The translations under genes and the position numbers were made by a program. A stretch of DNA of 62,087 bases, the filler included, from Squatina squatina (taxonomy: Eukaryota): the NCBI GenBank assembly GCA_031763465.1. It is 4 parts of 4 records of this genome, joined end to end, with 100 filler letters (N's around TTAATTAATTAA, not from the genome) between each part and the next. Parts side by side here need not be neighbours in the genome. Positions count along the whole stretch, not along the records: positions 31,560 to 46,959 come from JARFOE010000073.1; positions 47,060 to 62,087 come from JARFOE010000203.1; 2 more parts are not named here. The stretch is one strand, 5' to 3'. This document shows positions 37,365 to 49,068 of the stretch, one piece after another; position 1 is the stretch's first letter, and each line of letters begins with the position of its first letter. Below the pieces are notes generated by a model. It saw only the letters and a list, made by a program, of their open reading frames with translations. It was not told the DNA's origin and ran no database searches.

Positions 37365-38610
37365 CTGTAAAACAAGATAACAATCATTAGAAACTGTTGC
37401 ACACGTGGCTCCACTATCTGCTCAATTTGATATGGTGCTGAGTCAGACAGACCAAGGTCCAGATTTGATCCATGTTGTGTCGTTGATCTCAGCCAGGGCT
37501 ATAGTAATGGTACTGAAAATACCAGGAAGCNNNNNNNNNNNNNNNNNNNNNNNNNNNNNNNNNNNNNNNNNNNNNNNNNNNNNNNNNNNNNNNNNNNNNN
37601 NNNNNNNNNNNNNNNNNNNNNNNNNNNNNNTATACTCAGAATATAATTCTATGGTGCAGTGCAAGGAATTTTTAAAAAGGTTGGCTTGAAAGGGTACAAA
37701 ATCTCATGTTACTGTCAGGCAATACCAGACGGTTACTGATTAGCAAAAGCATGACATTTAATCAAAAATATTGAACCGTATTTTAAGCTCAAGAATTATC
37801 ACAAACAGCTTTTATTCTTCATCTATAATACTCATTGGATATTAATACATTTCAAACATTAAATAAAGACAAACATCTCAATCTTACTTTTAGATTAAGT
37901 ATGTTAATCACAATGTAGCACTAAGCGAGACAGGCCCAGTTGCAGGTCGAACTCCATATTTGTGCTGAGTTAACTAATTAGGTCTTAGTGTCGGAGCTAG
38001 GAAAATGAAAAAAAAGTCGGTGTTCCCATCCTGATCGCTATCCATAACTGCTGCCAAAAAATAAATGTGTGGCTATCAAGTGATGTCATTAATAATTAGC
38101 CTTGTATGTAAATGTATTACCTTAAAGCCACCTCTAAAGGGGGAAGACACAAACAGCACCTGCTATGATGCCCTCCACAGTCAAATAGTGCTGACACTAA
38201 TCTAGGTCACTCATTAAAAAATGCCAACTTGGAGAATTACCAGTGCCACAGAACTGTACCCCAGCAAGACAAAGTCTATTCTGGAAAGGAGATACAAAAG
38301 GGGAGAAAACTGACAAAAAATAATCTGTATGTTTGGTGGTGAGATTTGAGCAAAATTAATACCCATTTGACACAGAAACAAATAATTAATGGCAATTTCA
38401 TGATTTAGCAATGAAATGCTGAGAGAATTCCCACCTCTTACTGCTTGAGTTCAGAAAGAAAATGAACACATTAGTGTACAGCAGTCCCCAAAGAATATTT
38501 TTTCACAAATATAGCTAGAAAACTCTAAGTTAAAAATGCTCTTTTTAAAATCAAATAAAAATCCGTACATGTGTAACACAGTCCATTTTTAACGTAGTGT
38601 ATCATCCCAC

Positions 38611-38625
38611 TTGTCGCTCCGCCAT
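38611..38625 (-). CDS. TMEM216: Candidate TMEM216 first coding segment (MAERQ), directly after the TMEM138 stop
   Basis: AAG ATG GCG GAG CGA CAA|GTGGGA resembles human TMEM216 K-M-A-P-R-G, but its phase (0) does not match the micro-exon (needs 1). Confidence 0.5.
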
Positions 38626-38626
38626 C

Positions 38627-38739
38627 TTATTTTCGGACACGAAAGAATTCATTTCGGAGCCATTCTGAGTCCTCGTATAATCGAGGGTCTCCAAGGCAGA
38701 GAATAGTTCTTTTGTAGAAGTAATAGTATAAAATAGCAG
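38627..38739 (-). CDS. TMEM138: Transmembrane protein 138, last coding exon
   Basis: CAG acceptor, then [37 protein letters not shown], aligning end-to-end with human [37 protein letters not shown]. Confidence 0.93.
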
Positions 38740-39119
38740 CTGGAGGGTGGGAAAAATAAAATACAGTTTCAAGTTAGTGCTTGATGGAATTACAGTTGAA
38801 ACTTTCTACNNNNNNNNNNNNNNNNNNNNNNNNNNNNNNNNNNNNNNNNNNNNNNNNNNNNNNNNNNNNNNNNNNNNNNNNNNNNNNNNNNNNNNNNNNN
38901 NNNNNNNNNCTCTCTGTTTACCAAAAACTTACAATATTCAGCTGGAAAGATAATTACGGGATCTCCCCTCCAAGAAAAGACTGAAAGAAAGATTACATTG
39001 GTATAGCATTATCACATCTCAAATATCACATGCAATGAATTAGTTGGCAGTGTAGTGACTTGATATGCACTCAAAAATGCAACATTTGCGATTTCTTCAT
39101 TTGTTTAAAGCTTGCGTAC

Positions 39120-39291
39120 CAGAATCCAAACGTGAAAGCTGACACTCAGAAGAAAGTAAATACCAGTGACAAGAATGGTTCCTGTAAACCTGTGAATCAG
39201 CAATTTCACCAACCCAGCTTGAAAGATGAATGTGTTGAAAAACATAAGGAAGATGATGATGACATTGAAGAGAATTCCAATGTCCTGAATA
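39120..39291 (-). CDS. TMEM138: TMEM138 internal exon (172 nt)
   Basis: CAG acceptor, [59 protein letters not shown] donor; matches TMEM138 [28 protein letters not shown]. Confidence 0.95.
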
Positions 39292-40679
39292 CTGAAGGAG
39301 GAAAAAAAACAAATTTTAGATTTCTTTTTTTAAAAATTCCCAGACTAAATATAACAATTCTACAGTAACAATGCCAATTAACACATAGTGCTCCTTTGAC
39401 TGCAAATCAGCAAACACTCTTTTTGAAATCGATCAACTGGATAACTGCAGTGTCCAGTGTAGTACTGAGCCATTCAGAGTAGAGGGTCCCATGTTAGATC
39501 CCTGGTCTGTGTTGATCTCAGCGAGGGCAATATCCAGCGTGCTATTATTGTTCTCTCTGCCACCAGACCAGAGAGGGGGAAATCAATCAGAGCTCCTGAG
39601 CCCCGCCGTGTTATCCTGACTGGAAGGGACCTGCATGTGAAGGGAGGTACAAATAGGATTGGGGTTGACTGTAATGCCATCTCTGATTGAATAACTTGAT
39701 GACATTCATTGTCCAGGCTTACACAAGGCTAATGGCCACTTGGATGAAGCACAGGAAGCCAGTCATTTCCCATGGAACATTACCCCAAATAAATTAGTGC
39801 CTTNNNNNNNNNNNNNNNNNNNNNNNNNNNNNNNNNNNNNNNNNNNNNNNNNNNNNNNNNNNNNNNNNNNNNNNNNNNNNNNNNNNNNNNNNNNNNNNNN
39901 NNNTCTCCCCTGTTGCTCAAAAATCTATCTCAGCCTTGGTTCCAAAACGACATGATCAAGAGTATCCAGTTATATTGGTTGCTGACACGGTCAAGTTATT
40001 GTCATTTTCACTGAAAGATAAGAAAAACAAAACATGTACCAGTGTTTCACAGTGAATTAGTTGTGGAGTGCAATGGCTTAGGTAGGTACATGCAGCAGCC
40101 ATTCTGTGCCATAAACATCAAAGACATGACCAATTAATCTGCTTTTTTATGGTCTTTGTTGAGGCAGGAATTTTGACTGAGTCACCAGGAAAATGCCCTG
40201 TTCTTTGAACAGTGTTGTGGAATAATTCATATTCTACTGAACAGGATATTGGTTGAATCTCTCATCTGAAGGATGGCACCAGTAATGCAGCACTCCTTCA
40301 GTGTCATCCTAACTTATGTCAGAGGCAAGAGCGCAACCAACTCAAGCAAACTGGCACTTGGGCAGCATTAAAAAGATCATAGTTACATATATGAATGCAT
40401 GTTATACTGCGGCCAACACCATAAGGAGGACAGGAAATACGTTTGTGACCTGCCTCTAAAAGACAGTGGAGCTTAATTACTGTAATTGAGGTGGCATCCA
40501 TAATGGATCCATATACTGCAAACTTTGGAGTTATTGAGTGGATCAGCCGGAGCAATAAATCCACAATTGTAGTATCAGTGATGCAGTGCAGTCCCTTCAC
40601 ACTTACTCAATCTATACCATGTCCAGAGGTTCCCTTCCTACAAGCATCATGATGCTGTAGAATACTAAGAATGCTGAAT

Positions 40680-41017
40680 CTATTCTTTTGGAAGTGGTAT
40701 TCCCAGTGCTGTGTGATTCTGCAAATTCCTGGCTTTTTCTACTTCNNNNNNNNNNNNNNNNNNNNNNNNNNNCAGGGTCGCTAAGTTACTCAGACGTTTG
40801 TTTTTGGACATGGAGAACCGTAGCATGCACTCAATAACCGGCATTGCTGTGATTTCTTCCCGGGACAAAGGAGTCATCAGGTATATTAATGTGGTAATGG
40901 CAGAGAGTATCGTGTCCTCGTTCGGGCTGGATAAGCAGTCCAGCACTGCCTGAACCCCATTGTTCTGTAAAATATATTCCTTGTTCTGTTTGTCTAGACA
41001 CAGGTTACAAAGACCAC
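40680..41017 (-). CDS. ARMC7: Armadillo repeat-containing protein 7, terminal exon (27-N in-frame gap)
   Basis: [17 protein letters not shown]...[17 protein letters not shown]...VIECMLRFS...[11 protein letters not shown]. Confidence 0.93.
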
Positions 41018-41974
41018 CTGTAGGAAATGAAAACATCGTCAACATGTGGGTCCATGCAAAAAATACTATTAAGAGAAGGAGATAATGTACAAGAACTACA
41101 GGTGAGGATATGCTNNNNNNNNNNACCCACATTAAACATTCATTTTACTGTTAATGTCCATACAGTTCTCTTCCAATTTAACACATGAATTAAAAAAACA
41201 AGGTCACTGATTTATAATTGCTACAAAAGTGTGGCGACAATGACACAATCTCAACCTGAAAATACTAACACTCCCATAATGCTTTGGAATAAAAAAATCC
41301 TAATGGCCATTATATACTGGCACATTAAATACCATAAACACATATCCCTGACTCCCCATGAGGAAATCCAAAGATCCACCATTATCTCTACAAAAGTTTT
41401 GAGAGAGTCTGAAGAGCATGCATCACACTTCAAAGGGCCCAAAGCAAAAAGAAAGCCAATCCTTTAAAGTGCGGATCGATTACGTGTCAATAACCCAACG
41501 GTGAGGACATTTTACAGATTGACCAGCAAAGTTACAAGTACCTTGCTATCTGTAAAAATCCCTCATTAACAATAATTAACCCATAATTGACCTCTGGATC
41601 AATGTAAATCAATTTCCTCAAGGGAGTACCTGAGCAGTGAGCTTAAAGGGACAGGTCAGATTAGCAGTTAAACATCACAACCATCTTCCAGAACCGAGAA
41701 TACCCATAAGCTGCATCACAGAAAATCAGATAAATCTGTAGATACAAAAAATCTTGAGATGGTACTGCCAACATTTCCAGTATCGCACTTTTTCAACATA
41801 TAAATGTCATATTTCCTAAAAAAAAGGTATTTTTAAAAAGTCAATCTGGTAATTTCCTGCTGATTGCTTCAGACAAGAGGCCTGGAATAGACCACAGCTC
41901 GGAGGATCCGGATCACACAACTAAAGATGTATGCAGTGAGGTGACAAAACACAAATACAAAATTTAGTCTTTAC

Positions 41975-42118
41975 CTATTCCAAATTCTACAAATCTTTCA
42001 TTATCTTCTGTGAGCATATCCAGGAATAGATCAATGACCTGCAGCTGCCGAAGATACTGATAGTTACTGGGATCATAGGCAAAATTAGCCAGGTTTGCCA
42101 GAACTTGCTCCTTTGACT
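41975..42118 (-). CDS. ARMC7: ARMC7 middle exon (144 nt)
   Basis: AG acceptor, [51 protein letters not shown] donor; phase-compatible with the next exon. Confidence 0.95.
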
Positions 42119-42991
42119 CTGAGGAGTTAGAATAAAACAATATTAGCTTTTATACACACTGGACTGTAGAGGATCTCCTCTGGCATAATAATTGTGCTCA
42201 TCAGTCTCAGTGACTATCATATTATGATGGAATGAACATCATGTAAAAGACAACTTCAGTGATGTTTGCCCAGTAAAGCACTGCAATAAATGCCTCATTA
42301 TACACTAGATTAAAAAATACGAAACATCATAAATTTAAACACTGGCAGCTATGCGTGGACAGAATCATGAACACAACCAAAATTATTGGTTTTCATGGCA
42401 TCTGCGCCTAACATCTCTGCAAAAGTTCCTTTTNNNNNNNNNNNNNNNNNNNNNNNNNNNNNNNNNNNNNNNNNNNNNNNNNNNNNNNNNNNNNNNNNNN
42501 NNNNNNNNNNNNNNNNNNNNNNNNNNNNNNNNNTTTTGCTATCCCAACTTTGCTGTCATCTTTCATCCCAGTGCACATAGCTATGCATGATCAGCACTCT
42601 CCCTTGAATTAGTGAGTTTAAGCTTCAAACCAGGACTTGAGTGCACAGATCTAGACTGATGCTGTATTGTCTGGGGTGCTCTTTCCACTGAGATGTAAAA
42701 TCCCATGGCATTTGCAGAGCAGAGAGTTCTTGTGTCTTGGCCAACATATCATTCCTCAACTAGCATTGCCAGTTGTAAATCATCTAGCGCCCCCATCCCC
42801 ACCTCCTGCCAATAGCTATCACTGCTGAGGTCCACCAACCCAGGACAGACTTAAGTTTTTTTTTTGCTCCATAATGAGGGGGTGGCCAAACAAGTGTCCC
42901 CTTCCTTAACGGGTACAAATATGTAGGTTGTGCCTGCTACAATTGGGTTCATTTTATGATGTTCTAACTTGTTCCTCCTTTTGATCTACAG

Positions 42992-43146
42992 TGGCTGCTG
43001 GGATTCCTGGGCTTTTTGCTGCCCTGCACACCACTCTGGCTTCGAGCTGCTTACAGAGACATACATGTCTTTTTTGGACTTTGCATCTTGGCAATGACTG
43101 TTGGTGCTTGTCTGTCAGGAATTAATGAAAAATTAATATTTGTGCT
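42992..43146 (+). CDS. CYB561A3: Lysosomal cytochrome b561 (CYB561A3), internal exon
   Basis: CAG acceptor, WLLGFLGFLLPCTPLWLRAAYRDIHVFFGLCILAMTVGACLSGINEKLIFV, GTAAGT donor. Carries the HVFFG heme-ligand motif and SGINEKL; lies between TMEM138 and DDB1 as in human. Confidence 0.88.
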
Positions 43147-43997
43147 GTAAGTTTTTTTCTTGCGGTTTAAAAGAGCAAAAAAAAGTCCTCTTCCTTGCCT
43201 GTATNNNNNNNNNNNNNNNNNNNNNNNNNNNNNNNNNNNNNNNNNNNNNNNNNNNNNNNNNNNNNNNNNNNNNNNNNNNNNNNNNNNNNNNNNNNNNNNN
43301 NNNNAACAACTCCATGTGGTAGTGAGTTCTGTTCTCTCTCAAAAGTTTCTCGTGAATTTGTTATTGGATATATTCGTGAGTATCTTATATTTATGGCCCC
43401 TAGTTTTAGACTCCCCACAAGTGAAAACATTTTCTCTGCATATACCCAATCAAACCCTTTCATAATTTTAAAGACCTCTATCAGGTCACCTCTCAGTCTT
43501 CTCTTTTCTAGAGAAACTGTGACTCAGGCCATACTGGACTGTGCACTTACTCATTTAGTCCACAAGGCTCCTGGAATTTGACAATCAGCATTTTGTTGTG
43601 GATGTTCTTCTCATGGGGTTTTGAAAATTTCACTGGTTTGTTTGTTGGCCGGTCTTTACTCCCCAGTGCTTTTTAGTAAAGTAAGTTCCACTCACAGTGA
43701 ATCAACTCTATATTCACAACCTTCTGAGTTCAGTGTATACTTCAAATCTGATAAATATGATACAAAGGAATAATGTTCATTTTTTCTCTCTTTCATTTTA
43801 CTTTTGCATGGACTATAAATGGGGAAGATTTAAAAAAAAAGTATGTTTGGCCTTCAGAGTCTGGTCACCTTCATTATTTTTGGTCTTGCTCATCATTTCA
43901 TTGGACAATAAATTATATTGGTACCTGCCATGGCTTTCTCATTATCAGGTTCACGTGACTGAAAAAATTGGTATAAATTTGTACCTTTTTGCTTTAG

Positions 43998-44146
43998 GTC
44001 ACTTCACCTCAGCAGATGATCTGAACCTGCTTATTGCAAAGAACACCAGGTTGGAGATTTATGTGGTGACTCCGGAGGGTTTGCGCCCTGTCAAGGAAGT
44101 GGGCATGTATGGCAAGATAGCTGTAATGGAGCTCTTCCGACCGAAG
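43998..44146 (+). CDS. DDB1: DNA damage-binding protein 1, exon 2
   Basis: [50 protein letters not shown]; AG/GT bounded. Confidence 0.97.
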
Positions 44147-44189
44147 GTAAGATATGCAATGATGTTTCAGGCTTCAGCTGTAATTTGCT

Positions 44190-44503
44190 GAGATGAGATA
44201 GATGAATTGATGGCACAAATAGAAACAAATGGGTATGATCTGATAGCCATTACTGAGACGTGGTTGCAAGGTGACCAAGGCTGGGATCTGAATATTCAGG
44301 GGTATTTGACATTTCGGAAGGATAGGCAGAAAGGAAAAAGAGTTGGGGTAGCTCTATTGATAAAGGATGAAAACAGTACAATAGTGAGCGAAATGATCTT
44401 GGCTCGGAAGATCAAGATGCAGAATCCATTTGGGTGGAGGTGGTAAAATAGCAAGGGAAAGAAGTTACTGTTAGGGGGCCTATATACTACTCCCAACAGT
44501 AGC
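44190..44503 (+). mobile_element. CR1-like LINE ORF2 endonuclease fragment
   Basis: YDLIAITETWLQGDQGWDLNIQGYLTFRKDRQKGKRVGVALLIK. Confidence 0.85.
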
Positions 44504-44769
44504 NNNNNNNNNNNNNNNNNNNNNNNNNNNNNNNNNNNNNNNNNNNNNNNNNNNNNNNNNNNNNNNNNNNNNNNNNNNNNNNNNNNNNNNNNNNNNNNNN
44601 NNNCCAGAACAACTTTGCCTTGCTACCCATTTCTCGATTTTGAAAAGCCGAGCTATTTGACCTTGCCTTCTGCTCACTTGTCTAAATGTCCCTGTTCCTG
44701 CTGGGCTTCCACCTCTGCCCTTATAAATGGCTATTCTATGTAATGTTCTAATATCTAATAAATACTATA

Positions 44770-44870
44770 AATAAAAACAGAAAATGCTGGAAAACACTCA
44801 GCAGGTCAGAGAGCATCTTTGGAGAGAGAAACAGCGTTAACATTTCAGGCCGATGACCTTCAATCAGAAC
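44770..44870 (-). mobile_element. Short shark repeat end (Penelope-type terminus) with a degenerate hammerhead-like core
   Basis: Minus strand CTGAT(T)GA-AGGTC-ATC-GGCCT-GAAA, followed by TCTCTCTCC..GATGCT..GACCTGCTGAG..TTCCAGCATTTTCTGTTTTT. Confidence 0.45.
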
Positions 44871-44974
44871 TTTCTGTACCATCTATGCCAGACATTTTAA
44901 TAATGGTTATCCTCTTCATCCTGTACACTCTCTAACACGTTGTAATTCTACAAATGATGCTAATATCCCTTTGA

Positions 44975-45217
<243 letters not shown>

Positions 45218-46371
45218 TAGAGTTTGGAGATAACTTGGGAATGCGTTGGGTTAGACACTAGCCTTTTACCTCTGTTCCAGAAAGCAAGTAACCTAACGGG
45301 AACACATGCAGATGTGAGAATTTTTATATACGATATTGGAAAGCTGCAAAAAGGTACATTTGAAAGGCATAGTACTAGCAAGAAAAACAAAAGGTAATAA
45401 AAAGGCTTTCTATGGGCACATTAGTAATAAGATAGGCTGACCAGATGTCCCTGTTTTCCGGGCCTGTCCCCGGTTTAGAAATCTTGTCTCCAATACTGAG
45501 TTTTTGATTTTTTCAATGCTAATGCACAGAAACCCGTTTATCGGAGATTTTAGGCCCGTTTGAGTTCAGGAATTAATTCTGGAGCAGGTTCAATGGCCCT
45601 GCCTTCCTACATTGCAGTGCAGCTGAGAAAAGGCCCCATCAATATCTCTGACTGCACTGTAGGGGATTGAGTCAGCTGATCAGTATTTTATCCAGTGGTG
45701 ACTGGCCAGCGGGACCTTCAAATGCACGGGAGAAGCCAAGGGAGTGGTGAGAGCTGGTGGGTGAGTGGATTTGATTTACTTTACCAGTTTATCTGTATGG
45801 TGCATCATGTTTTTTTTACTGAATAAGAGAAGGCAANNNNNNNNNNNNNNNNNNNNNNNNNNNNNNNNNNNNNNNNNNNNNNNNNNNNNNNNNNNNNNNN
45901 NNNNNNNNNNNNNNNNNNNNNNNNNNNNNNNNNNNNGCTAATTTAGTGTAATTTATCTTAGAGTAGTAATGTCCACTAACTGCTCTACACCTACTTCTGG
46001 TAGTTTTAAAATCTCAGTATGCAATTTCTCAGTGAAAACTAGGACAAATTATGTAACTAATATCTCTGCCATTCCCTCATTCTCCACTTTAAGTGCCCTC
46101 CTTTATCACTTAACAGCCCTACACCTTGACTATCATCTTACTAGTCATGTACCCCAGAAGCCTTCATGTTTTTTACTAATTCTCTCTTATGCTCTCTCAT
46201 AAACTTTGTAATCTCCGTTTTGAAGCTCTCCCTTGTATTCTTTATATTTGTCTTGGCTTTCCTTTTCTCTCCTTTCTGGAATACACAAGGTTTATAACCT
46301 TTCCATCTGCCATGTATTTCCCATTGCTGATCGAGGGTTCTAATTGTCTATTTTCCCCCACTTCCTGCCAG

Positions 46372-46530
46372 CAAAGCACGATTGTTTGCCATAACCGCGT
46401 GGATCCCAATGGTTCACGGTACCTGTTGGGAGATATGGAGGGACGTCTGTTTATGCTGTTACTGGAGAGGGAGGAACAAATGGATGGGAACATCACTGTC
46501 AAAGACCTCCGTGTAGAACTGCTAGGAGAG
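46372..46530 (+). CDS. DDB1: DDB1 exon 7
   Basis: [53 protein letters not shown]. Confidence 0.96.
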
Positions 46531-46959
46531 GTCAGCATTCTAGCACTGGAAGTTTAATGAACTTTGCAGGCGTGTGCCTATTTGTCTGATATAAAGCCGA
46601 GAAATTGCAGTTGGTGATATGAGTACATGAATGCTTAACACTTTCCTACAACATTCCTCTATCTGCTATTTTAGTGTGAGTATTAACCCTTTTATTCAAA
46701 ATAGTTTAACATCAGGGCTGAGAAGTAGAGAGGTGAATGTAATTCTGTGCTCAAATGCTGATATTACCGACAGTATACATCTACTAACATTCACACAACA
46801 AAGTCACTACGGTGGCGAAGTTGGTGCAAAGTTTCTCTCAATACTATAACCAAGTAAAAATCAACGGCATCAGCCCTTTCACACAGCACACGAGGTACTG
46901 TGAAGAACTACTGTGGCATTGAAAAGGGAAGCGTTCCCTCGAACACTCAGAGAGCTCTG

Positions 46960-47059
46960 NNNNNNNNNNNNNNNNNNNNNNNNNNNNNNNNNNNNNNNNN
47001 NNNTTAATTAATTAANNNNNNNNNNNNNNNNNNNNNNNNNNNNNNNNNNNNNNNNNNNN
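46960..47059. other. Artificial scaffold linker
   Basis: TTAATTAATTAA at 47004-47015 within a 100-nt N block. Confidence 0.95.
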
Positions 47060-47368
47060 ACAGTGGGTACCCAAAATGGAGTAGCGTTGATTGGCACTGA
47101 AATGTAGCACTGAAATATAACACAGCCAAAGTATTTTCCTCATAATTGCTTGATTTAATGCAATGATCCTCTTTGCCCCTCCCCCAACACGCAAATCACT
47201 TTATTAAATATTTCTGCTTTTATAATTGCCTATAAATGAATGGGTTTCTGAACAGGTGATGATACTTGTTGGTGAAGAATATGTTATTTGAACTACTGAA
47301 CGGAGTGAGGAAATGTCATGCCTTGACCAGTGATTATTTAAATAATGTTTATATTATCACGACATTAA

Positions 47369-47653
<285 letters not shown>

Positions 47654-48780
47654 TAGGTGTGAGTTCTTTTGGCGTAAATAGTTCAATGGAACCCAACTTT
47701 CTCCTGGACCGTCTAAAATGCTAATCAAACTTAATGTTAAGTAAAGAGACAATCTACCTTTGTTCCTGTGTACTGCACACTGAAATTAATAGAATTGCGC
47801 TAGTAAAATCGTATTTTCAACCATGCTGTATGACTGCATCCTGAGCAACATGTAAAGTGTTGCCAGCATCTGGGCTGCTTCTGTTTTAATCTGGCACTGG
47901 GAATTCTGGGCAGGACATAAGAGCTTGAAATGGGAAAAGGCTGTTTGCCATCAAGCCCACTTCTACAGCATTGACACATTCATAAACTTTTCCCCCATTG
48001 CCCTCCAAGTTCTCTGTACTCATATCTGAACCCTCTTCAAAATACCTCTACAATCCTCAGTCCCCTTTTTTGACGGGTGNNNNNNNNNNNNNNNNNNNNN
48101 NNNNNNNNNNNNNNNNNNNNNNNNNNNNNNNNNNNNNNNNNNNNNNNNNNNNNNNNNNNNNNNNNNNNNNNNNNNNNNNCTTTTTAATGATCTGAATTAA
48201 TATGAAAGGCCACAACACACCAGAATATTGGGTTATGTTGAAGTACTGGTTTTCTCTGTCCATTATAGAATTTCCATCTGATTGACTACAATTTATTAGT
48301 CCTCGCTATTATTGTGTTGGCACGTCGTCTTATAATTGCAGTTGTGAAAGAGGTAAGTTGCATACAACTTTTGTCTTAACTTTGAGTAATGCGTGCTCTT
48401 TACTTTTCCAGAAGGGTTTGCATTTTGGGTTGCATAAAAAAAATGTTGTTCTGCTCCAAACATATTAAATACAATTTAAGAAATAATGTTTCTACAGTTT
48501 GCAGTATAAAAAGTGTACTTGATTTTTAAAAAAAAAATACCTTCATCAGACAATGTGGTCCAATGGATAAGAACGATTTCCTTCAATCTCCCATTCAATA
48601 AAATGAGGTTGGTCAGTCTCCGTATTCCTAGCAGGCAGCATAAAGTTGTACATAATTTGGCACAGTCTGCTCTAAACTGGGCATGAGGACAGGTCTTAAA
48701 AAAAAAAAAAGGTACAAATTAAGATCTGCAGCATCTTAGCTAATTTAAGCCGCATACTAAGCAGCAGTTTGCAGTTTTAA

Positions 48781-49068
<288 letters not shown>

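Noticed and set aside
38627-38632. AAA-TAA as a Euplotes-type +1 frameshift site fusing TMEM138 to TMEM216
   Set aside because: As assembled, the +1 frame is the ATG frame, which stops after MAERQEILLQFSP; no precedent in vertebrates.
39060-39368. 102-aa plus-strand ORF with an acidic stretch
   Set aside because: Antisense shadow of the TMEM138 exon.
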